Part shown: in pieces, positions 8,236 through 14,843 of the stretch
How positions within the stretch are numbered: position 1 is the stretch's first letter
Layout: the number at the start of each line of letters is the position of its first letter
Assembly: GCF_900083515.1 (NCBI RefSeq)
Contig: NZ_LT671858.1
Span: 1,710,001-1,742,000 of the forward strand
Length of the DNA stretch: 32,000 nt
DNA from: Cuniculiplasma divulgatum
GTDB taxonomy: Archaea; Thermoplasmatota; Thermoplasmata; Thermoplasmatales; Thermoplasmataceae
Reading direction: 5' to 3'
Program-made: the position numbers and the translations under genes
The notes under the pieces: model-generated
The model's database searches: none
The model's input: the letters and a program-made list of their open reading frames with translations, nothing else
Told to the model about the DNA's origin: nothing

Positions 8236-8376
8236 ATGTAGCATGAAGAGGATGGCCAAAACTATAACGAATGCGATACCTGCCTTGACTAGACTCTTGA
8301 AAATAACGAATAGAATGAAGAATACAATCAGTGCTCCTCCAATCGAGGCTTCAATTGGTGAAATTGGAACTGCCAT
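8230..8376 (-). CDS. Possible 48-aa small membrane protein (below the ORF-track length cutoff)
   Basis: My translation is MAVPISPIEASIGGALIVFFILFVIFKSLVKAGIAFVIVLAILFMLHL, with two hydrophobic segments. It looks more protein-like than the plus-strand ORF 8204-8428 that it overlaps. Confidence 0.3.
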   Translation of the reverse strand: MAVPISPIEASIGGALIVFFILFVIFKSLVKAGIAFVIVLAILFMLHL

Positions 8377-8422
8377 GTTTTATATTGGTAGAAAGGGGAT
8401 AATAATCTTCCATTCTAACAGA

Positions 8423-8465
8423 AGTTAACCGCTAACCGTTATTCCAAGAGAGTTAACCATAAACT
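8423..8465. promoter_or_regulatory. GTTAAC-containing repeats upstream of parA (candidate centromere or operator)
   Basis: GTTAACCGCTAACCGTTA (8423-8440) contains the reverse complement of TAGCGGTTAAC, which occurs at 9516-9526. GTTAACCATAAACTT (8451-8465) matches GTTAACAGTAAACTT at 9521-9535 (13/15). Confidence 0.45.
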
Positions 8466-8490
8466 TTTAACTCTTTCCACACAAGCTTGA

Positions 8491-9246
8491 TTGATGATCA
8501 TATCCATCGCCAACCAGAAGGGAGGATGCGGTAAGACAACCACCGCAGCCAACCTCGGAGCATTGCTTGGGAAGAAACATCGCGTACTCTTAGTGGACAT
8601 AGACCCGCAGGGAAATCTGACCACTCATTTTGGTATCAACAAAGCGGAGCAGAAGCATACAATCTATGATGTGATGCTCAACGGAAGGATTGAGGACGCA
8701 ATCCTACAGAAAGACGGAATCGACATAGTGCCCAGCACCATCGATCTTGCGGGCGCAGAGGTGGAGCTAACCGGAAAAATTGGCCGTGAATACATCCTGG
8801 ATAACGAGCTAAAGAAGGTAGCGAGGAAATACGACTTCATCATCATTGATACGCCGCCCAGCCTTGGGATATTCACCATCAACTCGCTGGTTGCATCCGA
8901 GTACGTTCTAATACCTGTACAGGCTGAATTCTTTGCCCTGGAGGGATTGACGCAACTCATGAGAGTCATAAAACTCGTGAATTCAAGGCTTTCAAGAAAC
9001 CTGAAGCTGCTGGGATTGGTCATAACGATGTTCAATTCAAGAACAAGGTCTTCCAGGGAAGTTCTTGATGATGTCAGGAAGCATTATTCAAAGAACCTGC
9101 TTAAGACAATTATTCCAAGAAACGTGACCATAACGGATTCCACCATGGCAGGTTCTCCTATTGTAAAATACAGGAAAAATGCCCCTGCGTCAAAATCCTA
9201 TGTTGCGCTTGCAAATGAAATAGAGAGAATAGTCCAGGTGAAATGA
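8491..9246 (+). CDS. parA: ParA/Soj-type partition ATPase
   Basis: Deviant Walker A NQKGGCGKTT, then LLVDIDPQGN, then IIIDTPPSLG. 251 aa. Confidence 0.9.
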   Translation: MMIISIANQKGGCGKTTTAANLGALLGKKHRVLLVDIDPQGNLTTHFGINKAEQKHTIYDVMLNGRIEDAILQKDGIDIVPSTIDLAGAEVELTGKIGREYILDNELKKVARKYDFIIIDTPPSLGIFTINSLVASEYVLIPVQAEFFALEGLTQLMRVIKLVNSRLSRNLKLLGLVITMFNSRTRSSREVLDDVRKHYSKNLLKTIIPRNVTITDSTMAGSPIVKYRKNAPASKSYVALANEIERIVQVK

Positions 9247-9518
9247 TGGCAGATATTAAGAAGAGAGGCTTGGATAGTCTAATATCACAGAATTCCAGCA
9301 CCACTGCTGAAACAAGCGAAACACCAGAGAGATATACAAAGACCATAGGCTTCAAGGTGACGGAAAGGCAATATGAGACCTACAGAAGGTTTGCTAAATA
9401 CTTCGGAAATGAGGAACTCATAAAGAAGTGGCGTTCCGATCTTGACCACATAGCGCAGGAGAAGGGCAAGGATATGGAAAGCGTGGAAACTGAAATCAGG
9501 AAACGGTTAACAAAGTAG
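9243..9518 (+). CDS. Small ParB-like or centromere-binding adaptor candidate
   Basis: 91-aa ORF whose start overlaps the parA stop (ATGA). The N-terminal KKRGLDSLI resembles the ParA-stimulating GLGRGLDALI peptide of ParB proteins. The rest is unassigned. Confidence 0.55.
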   Translation: MMADIKKRGLDSLISQNSSTTAETSETPERYTKTIGFKVTERQYETYRRFAKYFGNEELIKKWRSDLDHIAQEKGKDMESVETEIRKRLTK

Positions 9519-9535
9519 CGGTTAACAGTAAACTT
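9505..9535. promoter_or_regulatory. GTTAAC-containing repeats downstream of the par genes
   Basis: GGTTAACAAAGTAGCGGTTAAC followed by AGTAAACTT. It is related to the sites at 8423-8465 and 10023-10042. Confidence 0.45.
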
Positions 9536-9552
9536 GGATAAAAGGGAGGTAT

Positions 9553-9993
9553 ATGACCTTGGTAAAAGCTAAAGAGAAGGAAAACACGTATTGGTACTTC
9601 TCCGATGGAGGTGGAGTAAGAATGATAACATATTCCGGCAAGCTGTTCTGGGTAACCTTTTTCGTAGTATTTGTCTTATTTTGGTTGTTTGTAGGAATTG
9701 GTGGCGCTATAGGTGGCGCGATTACTGGTGGAATAGTCAGTATTGCTTTCGAGGCCGTTGTAAGTTCACCAAAAGTAAAAAGATGGGATAGCATGCCCTT
9801 GAAACAACTTGAGGGTGAGGAAAAAAGCAAAACCCTTCCCTGGTCAAGCATGAAGAAGGTGACATTTAACGCGCCAGAACGGTTGGAGGTCACAGTGGAC
9901 GAACGGGTGCATAAAATGAAGGTTCTAACGGATGTGGAAGTGACTCAGAAACTCCTAAAGGACCATTTGGGAAGTAGATTTTCAGAGATTTGA
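9553..9993 (+). CDS. Membrane protein of unknown function (two Gly-rich TM segments plus a soluble C-terminal domain)
   Basis: 146-aa ORF with GGGAGG 6 nt upstream of the ATG. The hydrophobic stretch is FWVTFFVVFVLFWLFVGIGGAIGGAITGGIVSIAF. Confidence 0.6.
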   Translation: MTLVKAKEKENTYWYFSDGGGVRMITYSGKLFWVTFFVVFVLFWLFVGIGGAIGGAITGGIVSIAFEAVVSSPKVKRWDSMPLKQLEGEEKSKTLPWSSMKKVTFNAPERLEVTVDERVHKMKVLTDVEVTQKLLKDHLGSRFSEI

Positions 9994-10022
9994 AGAGTGT
10001 GGAGCCCGTTATCGAAAAACTA

Positions 10023-10042
10023 TTAACAAAGTCATGGTTAAC
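10023..10042. promoter_or_regulatory. Third copy of the TTAACAAAGTnnnGGTTAAC motif
   Basis: TTAACAAAGTCATGGTTAAC matches TTAACAAAGTAGCGGTTAAC at 9507-9526 (17/20). Confidence 0.4.
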
Positions 10043-10089
10043 CGAAAACCTCATTCGGAGAGACAAATTCGATATCATAAGGCGATAGA

Positions 10090-10260
10090 ATGGTCAAGTT
10101 GGATGAAAATCTATTCCAGTGCGAAATTTGCAAGCTCCACTATGAGAACAAGACCGATGCTGGTAAATGCCAAGAATGGTGTAGCCAGCATAATTCATGC
10201 AACCTAGAGATAACTTTCAGGTCCATTGAAGCTTCAAGAAGTAGGCGAACATTATCCTGA
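10090..10260 (+). CDS. 56-aa Cys-rich (zinc-ribbon-like) small protein, below the ORF-track cutoff
   Basis: My translation is MVKLDENLFQCEICKLHYENKTDAGKCQEWCSQHNSCNLEITFRSIEASRSRRTLS, with a CxxC...CxxxC...C pattern. Confidence 0.45.
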   Translation: MVKLDENLFQCEICKLHYENKTDAGKCQEWCSQHNSCNLEITFRSIEASRSRRTLS

Positions 10261-10267
10261 TTTTTAT

Positions 10268-10319
10268 GTCACTAAACTTGTAATTTTAGTAACGCCGCTA
10301 AACACAGGATTTTAATAAC
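10268..10319. promoter_or_regulatory. Two tandem inverted-repeat sites upstream of the resolvase gene (res-like or autoregulatory)
   Basis: GTCACTAAA-N8-TTTAGTAAC (10268-10293) and GCTAAA-N8-TTTAATAAC (10297-10319) share the same arm-spacer-arm geometry. The second overlaps a TATA-like TTTTAATAA about 30 nt before the ATG at 10348. Confidence 0.45.
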
Positions 10320-10347
10320 GTATGCGCCCCTAAATTCTATGAATTAA

Positions 10348-10953
10348 ATGACACTCGCTTTTGCCTACGTAAGAGCCAGCACGCAGGAAGAGGTCAGGCA
10401 GGGCTCAAACGAGAGACAGAAGGAGGTAATCAGACAGTGCGCCGAGCCCAGAGGCTACGAGCTTGAATTCTTTGAAGACAAGGCAAAATCCGGGAAGAAT
10501 ACGCAGAGGCCCGAATTCGAAAGGATGCTGAAATCCCTTGACCTGAGGCCTAAAGTGGTCATAGTATCAAAGATCGACAGGTTTGCCCGATCCTTATCCG
10601 ACCTGTTAAGAACGCTTGAATACCTTGACCAGAAGGGCGTAGGATTCGTCAGCGTCAATGACCCGGGCATAGATACCACCACCCCAAATGGAAGACTCCT
10701 GCTGCAAATTCTGGGCGCCTTTGCTGAATTTGAAAGGAACATAATCAATTCCCGCACCAAAGCTGGCAGAGAGCAGGCAATGAACAAGGGAGTTAAATTT
10801 GGAAGGCCTGCACTGAAAACCAGGAATGGGAACTTCATAGACAGGAGAAAGGTTCTAGAGCTGAAAGGAAAAGGTCTGTCCGCCAGAGCTATAGCGAAGT
10901 CCATGGAATGCTCAGTAACCCCGATACTGAGCATTCTTAAGGAAACCCCATAG
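10348..10953 (+). CDS. Serine recombinase (resolvase/invertase family)
   Basis: AFAYVRASTQEE carries the catalytic Ser context. It is followed by VIVSKIDRFARS and FAEFERNIINSRTKAG, and a C-terminal HTH (GKGLSARAIAKSM). 201 aa. Confidence 0.9.
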   Translation: MTLAFAYVRASTQEEVRQGSNERQKEVIRQCAEPRGYELEFFEDKAKSGKNTQRPEFERMLKSLDLRPKVVIVSKIDRFARSLSDLLRTLEYLDQKGVGFVSVNDPGIDTTTPNGRLLLQILGAFAEFERNIINSRTKAGREQAMNKGVKFGRPALKTRNGNFIDRRKVLELKGKGLSARAIAKSMECSVTPILSILKETP

Positions 10954-11214
10954 TCTCACGGAAAGAGAGAGAGTCGCCGAACGCGTCAGTGTCCTTCTTA
11001 TATATTATATAACTAATACAATAGACATAACATACCAGAAAAATGGAATTTAGTTATCTTTTGAACAGCATTATCCTATCTGGAAGCCTCACTCGTTTTC
11101 TGACACTCTCTCTCCAAAATGTGAAATTACCATTTTACAACACTGCAATATTCGGCTTGTTCGGAAGTCTTAAGAATTTTGCGTGTCCAATAAAATAGTT
11201 GCAAGGGTAATTCT

Positions 11215-12258
11215 ATGTCAATGAAAGACCCCATATCGTTTGTGGAGGCAAAGGTGAAGGAACGAGCCAAGGAGACGAGCAACATAAAGAATGCAATCAT
11301 CTTCGACATGGACTTCAAGCCACCAAGAATACTCATAAGAAGCGAATTGAACAAGGTAACAAACGACCTTGCTGATTACGTTAACCTGAATCTTCCAAGG
11401 CACATAATCATCTATGGTTCCAAGGGTTCAGGAAAAACCCTTAGCGCGCTAACAATAGCATCCGCCTTCAGGGAGAGCAAATCCATGCCTTTCTTCTATG
11501 TGAATGCCAGAGAGAATCCCACTTCAACAAAGATCTATAGAAAGATGACAAGAATAGACAGCCGGGGTCACGACATAGACGAGGTGAAGAGCAGGCTCGA
11601 TTCCATGCTCTCTGGGAAATCCATCGTCATTCTTGACGAAGTCGATTTCCTCCAGGATTATGACGTACTGTATCACTTATCCAGACACACAAAGGCCAAT
11701 CTTATCCTATTAACGCAGAAGGTCTACTGGTACAAGGACATGAACGACGAAAGTGTCAAGAGTTCGATGCAACCTGACCACATAGTGTTCCATGAATACA
11801 ACGCTGACGAGATTCGCGAAATATTGAAAATGAGGGCAGAGGAAGGCCTGAACAAGTTTGACAGGGAAGCTTTGGGACTGCTTTCGGCAATGCTCGTCAG
11901 GGAATACAGGAGCGATGCAAGAATAGGGATAAAAGCTCTTGAGATACTGGGCAGGATCAACAAATGGAACGATGACGCAGTTAAATCAGCATTAAGGCAG
12001 GCTTACGTTGAAGTGGAAGGCGAAACCCTCAGGAACCTTGGCGGCAGAGATTTATTGATTCTCGCCTCGTTGATCAAGAATCAGGACACCAACAAGGCAT
12101 ATTCAGAAGTAACAAATATCAACAATTTCCTTGTAAAGGGAATGAGCAAGTCAACATTCTTCCAGAGTGTCAACTACCTGCAGAACCTTGGCCTTGTCAC
12201 GCTGATAAAGAAGAAGATAGGCAGATATTATACTATGGAGTCGCAAATATTATTATAG
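11215..12258 (+). CDS. Orc1/Cdc6-family replication initiator
   Basis: Walker A IIYGSKGSGKT, Walker B IVILDEVDFL, an AAA+ lid and a C-terminal winged-helix-like region. 347 aa. A TATA-like AATAAAATA sits at 11189-11197. Confidence 0.85.
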   Translation: MSMKDPISFVEAKVKERAKETSNIKNAIIFDMDFKPPRILIRSELNKVTNDLADYVNLNLPRHIIIYGSKGSGKTLSALTIASAFRESKSMPFFYVNARENPTSTKIYRKMTRIDSRGHDIDEVKSRLDSMLSGKSIVILDEVDFLQDYDVLYHLSRHTKANLILLTQKVYWYKDMNDESVKSSMQPDHIVFHEYNADEIREILKMRAEEGLNKFDREALGLLSAMLVREYRSDARIGIKALEILGRINKWNDDAVKSALRQAYVEVEGETLRNLGGRDLLILASLIKNQDTNKAYSEVTNINNFLVKGMSKSTFFQSVNYLQNLGLVTLIKKKIGRYYTMESQILL

Positions 12259-12301
12259 GATGAGTCTATAGTATCAGGAGAGCTGAAAAAGAGGTTGTGA
12301 A

Positions 12302-14842
12302 ATGGTCAGAAATGAAGATGAATTTTACCAAGACTTAAAGAATATTTTTATTGGTGCCAAAGTTGAGGGAAATTCTGGCTTTGTAAATTTAATGAAGATA
12401 AAGTCGACATATTTTGAAAAGATTCTCAAATTTTTGAAATCTGATATTGAAAAGGAAACGGCTGAATTCCCAGAATTCAAAGAAGAGTTATTTACTAAGC
12501 TCCATACATTCTTCAGAACTTACTTTTCAGAATCAGGAAGTATATATTTTAGTTATACGCCGTTAAAATCAAAAGTATATGAAAAAATATATACCAACAA
12601 TCAGGACGTTATGCTTTTTTGGAAAACCAACATGCTTTACTATGTTAAGACTGACAATCTATACAAGACTTTATCAATTAGTTGCGAAATAGAAGGTTCA
12701 GAATATACAATCAAATTTGATGCAACTCAGATAGAGGGGAAGAGGTCTAACGAGAAAAGGGTACTAATCTTTGAGCTTGAGAGCATAAACGATAGAACCA
12801 TAACGTTCAAACCGCAATATTCAGAACATGGAAAGGAAACAAAGGTATCTGAGATTTTAAAAGAGTTCTATAGAAACAACATAAATATAACTGAAGATCA
12901 ACTAGATGGATTGTTCAAGACGTTTAAGAGACAGACAGAAGTCGACTATTTTATCAATAAAGATGCAAAGGCATTTTTGAGAGAGCAATTCGATCTATGG
13001 TTAAAGAATTACATTTTTGATGATGAGAGCGATTATTCGGAAAAGAGACTTAAACAGTTAAAAACCTTAAAATATATTGCTTACAAAGTAATTGATTTTG
13101 TTGCCCAATTTGAGGATGAACTGGTAAAAATATGGAATAAGCCTAAATTCATTCTAAACTCGAACTATGTCGTAACCTTAGACCGGATTGTGCAACAGGA
13201 GGGTGGTTACCAACTCCTTCGTGAAATAATAAGTCATGCTAATTTTTCTGAACAGGTTAAAGAATGGGTAGATTTAGGAATAGTCAAAGATGATTTTAAA
13301 GAGAATTCGATTATAGTTGCGGAAGGTTCTTCAATCAGTGTAAACAGCAAGTACGAAACCCTCCCCATCGATACCAAATATTTTAAAGATATGGAGCTAA
13401 AGATAATACAGCTATTTTCTAATTTAGACGCGGAGCTTGATGGGTACTTAATACACGGCGAAAATTATCAGGTTCTTAGGACAATTTTTCCCAAATGGAG
13501 GGAAAAAGTCGAATTGATTTATTTAGACCCCCCATTTAATACAGGTAACGATTTTATCTTCCTAGATAACTATCAAGTATCTTCTTGGTTGACAATGATC
13601 AAAAATAGACTTGACATTTTATATCCTTTCCTCAATCCACAAGGCAATCTATATCTACACCTTGACCACATATCAGAGCATTATGCGAGAATCTTGTTGG
13701 ACAATACTTTCGGAGCTGATAACTTCAGAGCGAAGATAACATGGAATACGGGCGAAAATATATCTGGATTTAAGTCACAGGCATTAAACTGGATCCGCCA
13801 AGCTGACTTTATACACTACTATGTAAAAGGACCATCACCAGTTTTTCATAAAGCATATGAACTGCTAAATCGAGAAGATGCCAACATAGGTTGGTTGGAT
13901 GTTATTGGCGATAATAAAAAGTCACTTTACGTAGAAAAATGGAACAACGGAAGCTTTGTTCGTGATAGTGTTAAGTATAGAGTTAAAGCCAAAGGTACGG
14001 TCTGGAACGACATCTATTCTTTCCAGTATAGCGAGCCCAGGATCACAGAGAGTTTATCATTTGCCAGTAACCAGAAACCGGAGAATTTGCTCAGACGGAT
14101 TGTTCAAACTTCATCCAACCCACAAAATTTAGTGTTAGATTGCTTTCTTGGGAGTGGTACTACAACCAGTGTAGCTCAGAAGCTTTCAAGAAAGTGGATA
14201 GGAATAGAAATGGGAGACTACTTCAACGAAACCTACTTAGACGTGGTAAAAATAAGTAAAACAAAGGCTGAGGAGGATTCTGAAAACAATGAAGAGCTAA
14301 TAGAACGAAATAATCTATCTATCATAAAAGTGATTTCTGAAACAAAGAATGAAATGACCGTTATCATGAGAAAAATTGGGGCACTTGGAAGAATGAAAAT
14401 CGTATTGCATGGAGACAAAGAGTTCCGAGCTATCCATAGCCCTGTTGTCAGGCGGCCACATCTAAGCAAAGATGTAAATTGGAATGGGGGAGGATTTTTC
14501 AAGTACTATGAGGTGGAACAGTATGAGCAAGCACTAAAAAACACCCATTACAGTGATTCTGAGCCCTTTTTTAAGTTGAATACTGATGATGTTTACAATC
14601 AATATGTTTTCCTAAAAGATAAAAAAATGATTGACAGAATGGAAGTAGATTACAAGAATAATAAAATAAAGATCAAGTACGATGAGATTTATCCTAATAT
14701 CGACCTCGCGGAGACTCTGTCTAATATTAAGGGAAAGTTCATCAAGCGAATAGAAAAAGATGCAGTTATCTTTGAGGACGATGAAAAAGTATACTTCTCA
14801 GAAATAGATTTCCAAACAATTAAACCCCTAATTTGGTGGTAG
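12302..14842 (+). CDS. mod: Type III restriction-modification methyltransferase (Mod, beta-class N6A/N4C) with a long N-terminal extension
   Basis: Motif IV (ELIYLDPPFNTG) precedes motif I (LVLDCFLGSGTTTSVAQKLSRKWIGIEMG), with NQKPENLL between them. 846 aa. The stop lies 1 nt before the res start. Confidence 0.85.
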   Translation: MVRNEDEFYQDLKNIFIGAKVEGNSGFVNLMKIKSTYFEKILKFLKSDIEKETAEFPEFKEELFTKLHTFFRTYFSESGSIYFSYTPLKSKVYEKIYTNNQDVMLFWKTNMLYYVKTDNLYKTLSISCEIEGSEYTIKFDATQIEGKRSNEKRVLIFELESINDRTITFKPQYSEHGKETKVSEILKEFYRNNINITEDQLDGLFKTFKRQTEVDYFINKDAKAFLREQFDLWLKNYIFDDESDYSEKRLKQLKTLKYIAYKVIDFVAQFEDELVKIWNKPKFILNSNYVVTLDRIVQQEGGYQLLREIISHANFSEQVKEWVDLGIVKDDFKENSIIVAEGSSISVNSKYETLPIDTKYFKDMELKIIQLFSNLDAELDGYLIHGENYQVLRTIFPKWREKVELIYLDPPFNTGNDFIFLDNYQVSSWLTMIKNRLDILYPFLNPQGNLYLHLDHISEHYARILLDNTFGADNFRAKITWNTGENISGFKSQALNWIRQADFIHYYVKGPSPVFHKAYELLNREDANIGWLDVIGDNKKSLYVEKWNNGSFVRDSVKYRVKAKGTVWNDIYSFQYSEPRITESLSFASNQKPENLLRRIVQTSSNPQNLVLDCFLGSGTTTSVAQKLSRKWIGIEMGDYFNETYLDVVKISKTKAEEDSENNEELIERNNLSIIKVISETKNEMTVIMRKIGALGRMKIVLHGDKEFRAIHSPVVRRPHLSKDVNWNGGGFFKYYEVEQYEQALKNTHYSDSEPFFKLNTDDVYNQYVFLKDKKMIDRMEVDYKNNKIKIKYDEIYPNIDLAETLSNIKGKFIKRIEKDAVIFEDDEKVYFSEIDFQTIKPLIWW

Positions 14843-14843
14843 A

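Noticed and set aside
8204-8428. Plus-strand 74-aa ORF after the ATPase gene.
   Set aside because: It has no motifs and an odd composition. The opposite strand holds a more protein-like 48-aa two-TM ORF (8230-8376). Neither is certain.
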